DNA of 64,000 nucleotides from positions 534,955 through 598,954 of the forward strand of contig NW_018407853.1 in assembly GCF_002113885.1 (NCBI RefSeq). The letters run 5' to 3'. The notes below the pieces were generated by a model. The model worked only from the letters and a program-made list of their open reading frames with translations. It was not told the origin of the DNA and ran no database searches. Positions within the stretch are counted from its first letter, which is position 1. Each line of letters opens with the position of its first letter. This DNA is from Mizuhopecten yessoensis (lineage: Eukaryota). Made by a program: the position numbers and the translations under genes. Below are positions 13,499 through 25,359 of this stretch, one piece after another.

Positions 13499-16400
13499 AT
13501 GCTGTACCCCAAAACGACTTGGCGGGGATCATATTCGATACTGAGGAGATCAAAACAGACATGGAAAAAATGGCTATCAACTCTAAATATCACGGATCAT
13601 CAGGACATGGATTACATCCACAAGGTATAAAAAAAAGGTTTAAAATGTATAGGTATCCAACTATACTACTAAAGCATATTCTAACTTCATCAATATTCAC
13701 CCATAGGAATTTCTTGTAGGTACTTGTATGCAGTGGAACCAATGTAAAAGGTAAAGGAAACACTTGGTTCTGATGGAGTATATATATAACCTCTGATCTG
13801 TGGTCTGATAGCGAGGAAACACTTGTTTCTGATGGAGTAGCCTCTGATACATGTATGTGGTCTGATAGAGAGGAAACACTTGGTTCTGATAGAGTAACCT
13901 CTGATAATTGTGGTCTGATAGAGAGGAAACACTTGGTTCTGATGGAGTAGCCTCTGATATGTGGTCTGATAGAGAGGAAACACTTGGTTCTGATGGAGTA
14001 ACCTCTGATATGTGGTGTGATAGAGAGGAAACTCTTGGTTCTGATGGAGTAACCTCTGATATGTGGTCTGATAGAAAGGCAACACTTGGTACTGATGGAG
14101 TAACCTCTGATATGTGGTGTGATAGAGAGGAAACTCTTGGGGTCTGATGGAGAAACCTCTGATATGTGGGGTGATAGAGAGGAAACACTTGGTCCTGATG
14201 GAGTAGCCTCTGATATATGGTGTGATAGAGAGGAAACCCTTGGTTCTGATGGAGTAGCCTCTGATATTTGGTGTGATAGAGAAACACTTGGTTCTGATGT
14301 AGTAGCCTCTATATGTGGTCTGATAGAGAGGAAACACTTGGCTGATGGAGTAACCTCTGATATATGGTCTGATAGAGAGGAAACACTTGGCTGATGGAGT
14401 AACCTCTGATGATGGAGTAACCTCTGATGATGGAGTAACCTCTGATGATGGAGTAACCTCTGATGATGGAGTAACCTCTGATGATGGAGTAACCTCTGAT
14501 ATTTGGTGTGATAGACAGGAAACACTGATATGTGGTGTGATAGAGAGGCAACACTTGGTTCTGATAGATTTGCCTCTGATATGCGGTGTGATAGAGAGGA
14601 AACACTTGGCTGATGGAGTAACCTCTGATATGTGGTCTGATAGCGAGGAAACACTTGGTTCTGATAGATTTACCTCTGATATGCGGTGTGATAGAGAGGA
14701 AACACTTGGTTCTGATGGAGTAGCCTCTGATATGTGGTCTGATAGCAAGGAAACACTTGGTTCTGATGTAGTAGCCTCTATATGTGGTCTGATAGAGAGG
14801 AAACACTTGGTTCTGATGGAGTAGCCTCTGATATATGGTGTGATAGAGAGGAAACACTTGGTTCTGATGGAGTAGCCTCTGATATGTGGTCTGATAGCAA
14901 GGAAACACTTGGTTATGATGGAGTAGCCTCTGATATGTGGTGTGATAGAGAGAAAACTCTTGGTTCTGATGGAGTAACCTCTGATATGTGGTCTGATAGA
15001 GAGGAACCACTTGGTTCTGATGTAGTAGCCTCTATATGTGGTCTGATAGATAGGAAACACTTGGTTATGTTGGAGTAGCCTCTGATACGTGGTCTGATAG
15101 AGAGGAAACTTTTGGTTCTGATGGAGTACCCTCTGATATGTGGTCTGCCTCTGATATGTGGGGTGATAGAGAGGAAAAACTTGGTTCTGATAGATTTACC
15201 TCTGATATGCGGTGTGATAGAGAGGAAGCACTTGGTTCTGATGAAGTAATCTCTGATATGTGGTGTGATCGAGAGGAAACACTTGATTCTGATGGAGTAA
15301 CATCTGATCTGTGGTGTGATAGCGAGGAAACACTTGTTTCTGATGGAGTAGCCTCTGATATGTTGTGTGATAGAGAGAACACTCTTGGTTCTGATGGAGT
15401 AGCCTCTGATAAATGGTCTGAGACAGACTTGGTTCTGATGGATTAGCCTCTGATATGTTGTGTGATAGAGAGGAAACTTTTGGTTCTGATGGAGAAGCCT
15501 CTGATATATGGTCAGATAGCGAGGAAACACTTGTTTCTGATGGAGTAGCCTCTGATAAATGGTCTGAGACAGACTTGGTTCTGATGGGGTAGCCTCTGAT
15601 ATGTTGTGTGATAGAGAGGAAAAACTTGGTTCTGATGGGGTAGCCTCTGATATGTTGTGTGATAGAGAGGACACACTTGGTTCTGATAGATTTACCTCTG
15701 ATATGCGGTCTGATAGCGAGGAAACACTTGGTTATGTTGGAGTAGCCTCTGATATATGGTCTGATAGAGAGGAACCACTTGGTTCCGATGGAATAGAGAG
15801 GAAACACCTGGTTCTGATGGAGTACCCTCTGATATGTGGTGTGATAGAGAGGAAACACTTGGTTCTGATGAAGTAACCTCTGATATGTGGTGTGATAGCA
15901 AGGAAACACTTGGTTCTGATGGAGTAACCTCTGATATATGGTGTGATAGAAAGGAAACACTTGGTTCTGATGGAGTAACCTCTGATATGTGGTCTGATAG
16001 CAAGGAAACACTTGGTTCTGATAGAGTAACCTCTGATATGTGGTCTGATAGCGAGGAAACACTTGGTTCTGATGGAGTAGCCTCTGATATGTGGTGTGAT
16101 AGAGAGGAAACACTTGGTTCTGATGGAGTAACCTCTGATATGTGGTGTGATAGAGAGGAAACACTTGGTTCTGATGGACTAACCTCTGATATTTGGTGTG
16201 ATAGACAGGAAACACTTGGTTCTAATGGAGTAACCTCTGATATTTGGTGTGATAGAGAGGAAACACTTGGTTCTGATGGAGTAACCTCTGATATATGGTC
16301 AGATAGCGAGGAAACACTTGGTTCTGATGGAGTAACCTCTGATATATGGTCTGATAGAGAGGAAACACTTGGTTCTCATGGAGTATCCTCTGATATATGG

Positions 16401-19400
16401 TGTGATAGAGAGGAAACACGTGGTTCTGATGGAGTAACCTCTGATATGTGGTCTGATAGAGAGGAAACACTTGGTTCTCATGGAGTATCCTCTGATATAT
16501 GGTGTGATAGAGAGGAAACACTTGGTGCTGATGGAGTAGCCTCTGATATATGGTCTGATAGAGAGGAAACACCTGGTTCTCATGGAGTAACCTCTGATAT
16601 GTGGTGTGATAGAGAGGAAACCCTTGGTTCTGATGGAGTAACCTCTGATATGTGGTGTGATATAGAGGAAACACTTGGTTCTGATGGACTAACCTCTGAT
16701 ATTTGGTGTGATAGACAGGAAACACTTGGTTCTAATGGAGTAACCTCTGATATTTCGTGTGATAGAGAGGAAACACTTGGTTCTGATGGAGTCACCTCTG
16801 ATATGTGGTCTGATAGAGAGGAAACACTTGGTTCTGATGGAGTAGCCTCTGATATGTGGTCTGATAGAGAGGAAACACTTAGTTCTCATGGAGTAACCTC
16901 TGATATGTGGTCTGATAGAGAGGAAACACTTGGTTCTCATGGAGTATCCTCTGATATATGGTGTGATAGAGAGGAAACACTTGGTTCTGATAGAGTAGCC
17001 TCTGATATATGGTGTGATAGAGAGGAAACACTTGGTGCTGATGGAGTAGCCTCTGATATATGGTCTGATAGAGAGGAAACACTTGGTTCTGATGGAGTAA
17101 CCTCTGATATGTGGTCTGATAGAGAGGAACCCCTTGGTTCTGATGGAGTAGCCTCTGATATTTGGTCTGATAGAGAGGAAACACTTGGTTCTGATGGAGT
17201 AGCCTCTGATATATGGTGTGATAGAGAGGAAACACTTGGTTCTGATGGAGTACCCTCTGATATGTGGTCTGATAGAGAGGAAACACTTGGTTCTGATGGA
17301 GTAACCTCTGATATGTGGTCTGATAGAGAGGAAACACTTGGGTCTGATGGAGTAGCCTCTGATATGTGGTGTGATAGAGAGGAAACACTTGGTTCTGATG
17401 GAGTAACCTCTGATATTTGGTCTGATAGAGAGGAAACACTTGGTTCTGATGGAGTAGCCTCTGATATGTGGTCTGATAGAGAGGAAACACTTGGTTCTGA
17501 TGGAGTAACCTGTAATAGGTACTGCAATAACGAGGAAAAGCTTGCTGATTGTGGAACTTCCACATAATCATTAGTGGAGGAAAGCTTGTTAACTGTTAAA
17601 CCTTTTAAATTGGTACTCCAGTTGTAAAAGACGGCTTGCTTATTGTGGGACTTCCAGATAATCAGTAGTTTATTACGACACCTTGCTAAAACTCAACCTC
17701 TTTAAATAGTTATAGATAAAACATGAAACTGCTGTATTATATACTCCAACAGACAGTAATATTTTCAGCTAATGTCCAATTTCTGCCCTTTTTATTGCAA
17801 TAAAGCATAAAAATATTCACCATTTGAAGTATGAATTTGAGGAATAACAAATAATTGCTGCTGCTGCAGATCATAAATGTCAAGCACTCTTTTTTTTGCA
17901 TTTTTAAAGTATGTTTTAATTTCAAATTTTTTTTTTGTCTCAGGTAAAAAGATCGGAGATCGTGGGCCTGCCCATAGTTCATCACCATGGCTACGTGAGT
18001 GACCTACCAATCAAGCACAGGTTTGCTATGAGGAAGTTCCATGGAGTGATGAGATATTTGAGGAAAGACAATGTTATATCGGCCAAGCAAATGGTGGAGC
18101 CTACCTGGATTGAGACAGCTGACATGTGTACCGTACACACAGAGGATTATGTACACAAGTTCTTGAACGGCTTGACAACAAAGCAGGAACAGCGAATCAC
18201 AGGGTTTGAGTGGAATCCAGGTCTGGTCAGTCGATGTAGATATGAAACAGGTACCTTGGACAGATCCAGTATTTGAAAAAATAATTTGATAGTTTAATTT
18301 TAAGTTTCCTATCAGCAACCAACTCTCAAGCACAAGCCAAACATTTAGAACATGAGGGGGTTGACAGAGTGAATGTAAGGAGAAAGATAGTGAAAAGTTA
18401 TTTACATAAGGATCCTTGGCCAAATAGGCCAATACTTCAATAATGGTTGATTATTATCTCTCTGGTCTCAAGCTTGTTTATATGGGACTTATGAAAAAGG
18501 TTATTACATAGGCTCATTAGATCACACAATGTTATTTTGATGTCCAAAGAACTATTTTTTATCTTAGCTTTATGACAACGGATGATTTTTGTTGGTTAGT
18601 AATTTCTTTGATGTCATAATTGACATGTGATAGATTTCAAGAAGTGATCATTCAATGTTCTTTTTGCAATATTATGTATGCTTTTTGTATATTGTACCAA
18701 GGTATATTTGCTAAGGATTATCTGGAAATTAGTGATTTATGAATTTTCTAGTTACGATTTTAGGACTGGTCAAAATGACAACTTTAGAAATCTAAAGTTG
18801 AATAGTTCAGTGTTAGACATATAACATTGTTTTATGTACTTTTGTATCCTAGTTTCACCAACATTCCTTAACTAAAAGAAATTGCTTCAGTTAAACAAAT
18901 TCCTTAACTCAAGGACACTTTTTATGAATGAAGCCGTAGGCAATATAGAAATATCTTTTTACAATAATACACAACAAAACATACTTGATTTGAAGTTTTG
19001 ACTGGGTTACCTTTTTATCAAATGTGTTAAATTTAAATGCCTCTATTTGAAGGTGGGACACTATTAGCTGCAAAATTGGCTCTGGAAAGGGGCGTGGCCT
19101 GTAGCACAGGGGGAGGAACCCATCATGCATTCCCTGAATATGGGTCTGGTTACTGCCTTATCAATGACCTTGCCATTGTTGCTGCGACCTTGATCAGGGA
19201 TAAAATGGTGGACAAGGTCCTTATCGTTGATTTAGATGTCCATCAGGTAACAATACGTGTATTACCATCATCAGTGACATGTGCCAGTAATGTAAACTGT
19301 CATCATCTCACTGGTATTTAGACTTTGGTCTCTTTCGTGAATTGTTTATATGCACAACAGAACCACTCTCATTTTTGTCTTTGTATTGAGTTTTATGATA

Positions 19401-22117
19401 TTGTCATGTTTTTTCTTGTTAAGTTGTGATGACATGGAACAAATTGGATCAATCATGGAATTCTGCAAATCTACGGGTGGTATCATTAACGATAAATGAC
19501 CTTTATTTAGTTTCATTCAGAGACAGTTTGATTTGGATTAATATTTTATGTAGTTTTACTCACCAGGTATCTTTGTTTTTTCTTACAGGGTGATGGTACA
19601 GCAGTAATGTTTCAACACAATGATGATGTGTTTACATTTTCTATGCATTGTGGTAAAAACTTTCCTCACAGAAAACAATTGAGTGACTTAGACATAGAAC
19701 TGGATCCAGGAACACAGGTAAACTGTATATCAGGTGTCTTAAGTCAAGCTCGATGTAGTTAGATATTCTCATCGCCTTCTTTACCACTTAATATTAACGC
19801 AATGAATTTGATGTATGTATGACCACTAATGAGATTTCACTCTGTTGTCCATTGCCATGCACACATTTTCTGCGTGTATGTAATGGGATGAGAGTGCATG
19901 CTTTTCTACAAACCAGTTATTAGATGAACTTTATTTAATTCTACAGATGTCTAAAACTAAATTGATTAACATGTACTTATTTGTGGTCATGTAGGATGAA
20001 GAATTCCTGGAGAGTTTATCCACACATCTTCCTTGGGTGATTAATAGCTTTCGTCCCAACCTCATATTGTTCGATGCTGGCGTTGATCCACATGTGAAGG
20101 ACGAGTTAGGAAAATTGAATCTCTCTGATCAAGGTAAGTTGGTTGTAAAGGTTTAACTTCCCATCAACAGCAAATGCCATTTAAGGGCGTTTCAAGGTAC
20201 AGTTGTAAGTACCAATACGAATGTGTCCGATTGAAGTAAGTACCAATATCAATGTATCTGATCATAATTAATACCATAAACCTTGTTTGATTGGAGTGAG
20301 TACCAAAACCATGTTTGATTGAAGTGAGTACCAAAACCATGTTTGATTGGAGTGAGTACCAAAACCATATTTGATTGGAGTGAGTACCAAAACCATGTTT
20401 GATTGGAGTGAGTACCAAAACCCTGTTTGATTGGAGTGAGTACCAAAACCATATTTGATTAGAGTGAGTACCAAAACTGTGTTTGATTGGAGTGAGTACC
20501 AAAACTGTGTTTGAGTGGAGTGAGTACCAAAACCTTGTTTGATTGGAGTGAGTTCCAAAACTGTGTTTGATTTAAGCGAGTACCAAAACCATGTGTGATT
20601 AGAGTTAGTACCAAAACCAATGTGTGTGATTGGAGACATCTTCAATAATCCAAGGGTTATGCTCATGCAGGCTCCCTGCACCCCTAGAATATGTCATGAC
20701 AAAATTGAAGGCACAAAGATTTGATGGGTCGTTATTAAAATAAGTTGACTAATCATTTGGCTGGTACCTGCTCTTTGAAGATTGCATCAAAGAATGAGAC
20801 TAGTCTACTTGTATCATCCACAAGGTGGCACACACTGAGCCTTCCATTCTGTCATCACATAATCCAAAGGCACAGAGAGTGTTACACATGGAGCATTGGG
20901 GATTGATTGGAGAGCGTACCAAAACCAATGTGTTTGATTTGAATGAGGACCCATGCAAGTGTCTGTTGTGATTATCAAAACCAATATGTCTTATAGGTGT
21001 TGGTACAAAATGATTTACATCTATTTATAAAATCTGACCAAATTCTGCCTGATCAGAGTGAGTACTTAACAGCCCTATTTTCTAATTTTCAGGATTATTT
21101 GATAGAGACAGCTTTGTAATTAGTACAGCCTTAAACCTTGGCATCCCCATAGCAACTGTGATAGGAGGAGGTTATCAGCGAGACCTAGATGTCTTGTCAA
21201 GGAAACACACGATAGTTCACAGGGCAGCCATGAAGGTATTTTATATATCTTTAATTACAATTTTGAGTAAACACATTGACACAACTCAATAATCAGGGGC
21301 AATAACTCCAATGTATATACTTCATTTATATTCTCTCAATACAAATGTTGCCTATACTAAGCATAATTTAATTTGGTGCAGTTCTGGGAGTAGTATTTCG
21401 ATCAATGTTTAAAACAAAGGGGTGTTTCTTTCTGATAGGGGATATGTAACTCCAATTTATATACTTAATTGATATCCCTAGCTGTAACAGCAATTTATTT
21501 ATATTATTAATAGCCCCTCAATGTAAGGGTTCTGTGTACCAAATTTCATTCAACTTGGTGCAGTACTTTCAGTGGACCCCTTCTATCTTCATTGTGTTTT
21601 GTGTTTCAAGGTCCTTTATTCAATAAACCTAATAGCCTCTCCCCCCAAAACAATAATATGGGTGACATGCTTTACATATACACTCTGTAGCATGATATGC
21701 TTTTTAATGCCAAGTGAGCTGAAAATTGAATTATCCTGGTAAAAGACATCTATTTTCTGAAATGTAAACAGGAAATATACATACATGTATTTTATCAGTA
21801 ATTTTATTTGAGCACTTTTTAAACTGAATTTAAAATTTGGGTGGGTTTTTTTTGTTTTTTTTTTTACCAAGACATGAATATGATTTATTGTATAGTGTTG
21901 AATGATGTATTCCATGCTGGCTAATAATTACAGATTGGTGCATTAACAGCTTTCTTGCTGTGCAATGAAATTACAAAAATAAATCAAAATAATGAGCAAA
22001 TTGACATGAATACATTAAGTGTAATAATGTCCATCTTTTCGTTGTCCTTGTAACATTTCTTTTCTTTCTTCAATTTTCTAGATATGGAGTCAACACAATA
22101 TGGCCATTGCAATGTGA
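13499..22117 (+). CDS. Zn-dependent histone-deacetylase-superfamily protein (class IV/HDAC11-related, 'SYNPCC7002_A1628-like' type)
   Basis: Exons 13499-13624, 17944-18250, 19053-19246, 19589-19717, 19995-20133, 21093-21235, 22082-22117, all GT-AG and in phase. Intact motifs: HRFAMRKF, GGTHHA, GYCLIND, DLDVHQGDG, FSMHCGKNFP, DAGVD, IGGGY. First and last exons are less certain than the core. Confidence 0.9.
13750..17512. repeat. 51-bp minisatellite, about 70 copies, inside the first coding intron of the HDAC-like gene
   Basis: Unit gatagagaggaaacacttggttctgatggagtaacctctgatatgtggtct. Nested 18-bp sub-array (gatggagtaacctctgat)x6 at 14393-14500. Confidence 0.97.
20280..20635. repeat. 29-bp intronic tandem repeat, about 12 copies
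   Basis: Unit tgtttgattggagtgagtaccaaaacca(t). Confidence 0.92.
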
Positions 22118-22391
22118 AGAAGCTGGGACACACAGCACTTATATCAAGTAGAACTGTTGTACCCTGTGAAGCTGTGATCAAAGTGATATAGTTAATATAC
22201 TGCCTGGACATTTTGTGGGTGAATTAGGACAATTGTTGTATCAACTCGGTGTTCATCAGTGATGACTAAGATGCAACAATGGTTTACCAATCATTTACTC
22301 TTTATTCATCGTTAAATGGCCCATGTTCTGGCCTTGTAAGGCCGAATCTTAACAAAATATCAACCAAAACATTCTTATTTGTCAATCATAA

Positions 22392-23192
22392 TTTTTGCTC
22401 ACCTGGTCCAAAGAGTTTCTAACTAGGAAATGATTAGATCTTCATCCTTTAACCATATATACAATATATGAGTATAAAGTGATTAATACACATGCTATCA
22501 GGATGGCCCCACCGGTACCCTGAGGTTTCTTGGTCCCAAGCAATTTAGAAATGGTTGAGATCCCCACCACATAACTATATATATTCAATAGCTTGGCATA
22601 AAGAGACAATAATATTTATTATTAGAATTGACCCATGCCCATAGGGACTTAGTTCCTGGGTCATAACTTTGAAACAGTTGACATTCTTACCCAATAAGCA
22701 AATACATGTATGAAATTGCTTGGCACAAAGAGATGAATACAATGATCATTATATTAGCTTGACCCTGGGGTCTGAACCCACCCCTTGGGGCTTAGTTACA
22801 GGGTCACAACTTAGAAACAGTCGAGATCCCTACCCCATAACTACATATAAAATTGCTAGGCATTAAGAGACAAACATTAGATTTGATGCTTAGGGCTGGC
22901 CACATTGTTTGGGAGTTGGTTCATTACTTCGAAAAAGTCAAGTTCCCCACCCCATAACCATATATACAGTTGCTGGGAATCAAGCGACAACACAATCATG
23001 ATATTGGAATCTGGGAACTGGCCACACCTTTACCAACTTGGTTAATAACTTTGAAATGGTCAAGATCTCCTCATATAACAACATATATAGGATTTGTCTT
23101 GGTCTTCATTTATCTCTGGAATCTTATATGTCATACTACTTTTATTGAGAATATATTGCCACCAGTAATACAGGCCCAAAGGGCCTCTTGTA
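22392..23192 (+). mobile_element. Degenerate HINE-like element downstream of the HDAC-like stop
   Basis: Starts tttttgctcacctggtcc and ends caggcccaaagggcctcttgt. Diverged internal repeats of about 130 bp. Confidence 0.55.
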
Positions 23193-25359
23193 TTTTAGAT
23201 GTTATATTGTACAAGATAAATTGAAAGCTTGTAAACAAAATATATATCAAGTTGTTTTGGTGTTTTGGGAATTTCCACTAGAATTTCAGCACCCAAAACA
23301 AGCCCTAATTTTTGTATCCAATGTGATCAAATAAATATATTTTTCTTTTTTTTAATAAACCCAATCTTACTTGCACTGGGTTACTTTCTTTTCTGTATTG
23401 TACCCGAGACATGAAAAAGGTATTCGACCCCAATAGATATATATACAATGTACATCAATATATCTGCAACAAGGGGATAACACATTGTACAGTGTCATAA
23501 AGATATTTGTGTGAAAATTCATCAAACTTAGTAATCTGTAACCAATCAGAAGTTAAAAGTCCAGACAAATATTGGACAACAAAAACATTTGACCTTGGAT
23601 ACCTTGAGCATTTGATATAAACTCTTTATATAGGTGACCTTTGACTCTGGTCTTAAAATTTAGCCTTCAAAAGTTATAAGCTTTTTTCTTAAAGTTTGGT
23701 TAACAACTGTGTTTATATATATATAGTGTTCATCTTTCATTCACCACTTCAAGAAAAATCGATGTTTCACAAAGCTACAATAAAGTGCAACTCAAAATAA
23801 ATTATAGTGTTTGGTCATTCTTTTATTGATGTTAAAAGAAATAAAACGAAGTGACCTTGACTGTCATAGACTCTGACTCTCATCGATCATCATAACTCTT
23901 TTGTCCTTATAATGAAAAGTCTCAAGTAATAATTGTCTTGGTGAACATCAACTAAACTATATAGCAAGTATGGTTCTAATTAAGTGATGGCTGTATATAA
24001 GCAGTTCTAGATTACTGTCCCTAGTCACACCTCAGCAACAACGGGACAAGAAGAGTAGAACTTATTGATGTTAGCAACAACAAACAACAGATACGTATAT
24101 AGTTTAACCATTTATTTACTGATAGCATATATCATACTCATAGCATCACGACATATAGGAGCTATGTAATTTCATAGTGTCTGATGACTTTTCAGTAATC
24201 TATTTAAGACATTACAATTGTCAACGTTTATCTACAGAACATGTTGACAACTGTACAGGAAACATCTTTGGGAGATGTACAGTACAATAAGATGGGCTGT
24301 CACAATATATCAGAAAACTGCTAAATTGCAATACACAGGCATATTGTATCTGTGTCTCAATACAAAAATAAAATAACATTCAGCCCTTTTTTTTTTACAA
24401 TATATCTGGATGCATATCACAACAAATTCCTTCTGTATTGCTTAATATTTGGATACATGTACACTCGATGCATATTGTAACACCCATAAGGATAATATTA
24501 TTTAAGTACAAGTGGTTTGCATCATAAATAGAAGATATTACATTTAGTTTTGTAGTCAAAGGTTCAGGGGGATCCAAACAGCCTGTTTATTTGTTATGTG
24601 AAAAGCAAACTTTGGCGGATCTTGGTAAGCTCATTTGTCAGTTTAATATGTTAATAACCGAGTATAATGGAAATTTTGTTCAGAAGAATTTCAGTGGGAG
24701 AAAAAAAACCTGCAAGGACAATGCCTCCATATACAAGATGCAGATGTTCTGGATGTCCGCGCTGTTATATATATCAGGATATGAAGATAACCTTTGTTTT
24801 ACTGGTATAACACACTACTTAAATTAACACAAGTATTAAGTCATGAAATGTCTGCACTGAGTTGATGTTTGATTGTATCAAATTAAAATCTACAGTATTT
24901 CCTCATATTTGGAATAAGTTATTTTTGTTCGGACACCATGTTTCACAGACGAAGTCTAGTTTTGCTTCTTAAATCTGCCATCTCTGCTTGCTTTCTATGC
25001 ACTTAACTTCTTGTCCCAAATATATAAAGCTTGGGTAAGAAAAGTTTTACATCATCCCTACTACTATGATCAGTAGCATACATGTACAGCGTGTGCTGAA
25101 ATTGGTATAGAGAGATAGGTTTTGTACCTACAGTACCAGATGGTATGTTATAACATTATCACTGTTCAGTATAAAATACAACTGTTAACAGAAACATGTA
25201 GTTATTGTGCTGAAGTGTGTGCTTAATGACACGGACAACACAAAAAGCACTTAATTATGATAATCACTTCTAAAAGTATATATACTACATATACTAGTGT
25301 ATATATACATATGTACAAACCATTCGTTGTGTTTTATGGTCATCAACTTATTAGGAAAT

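Noticed and set aside
13465-13719. ORF MTFSST.../MEKMAINSK as HDAC-like exon 1
   Set aside because: That frame ends in phase 1 at the 13624 donor, whereas exon 17944 needs phase 0. The frame starting at ATG 13499 fits.
13750-17512. CRISPR-like regular array
   Set aside because: Units are contiguous with no unique spacers, there are no cas genes, and the context is eukaryotic.
13590-17571. Many long overlapping ORFs (up to 577 aa) on both strands
   Set aside because: All derive from a 51-bp (17-codon) minisatellite inside an intron. They are open in several frames at once, with no splice or domain support.
20164-20681. Repetitive minus-strand ORFs
   Set aside because: Translations of the 29-bp intronic tandem repeat.
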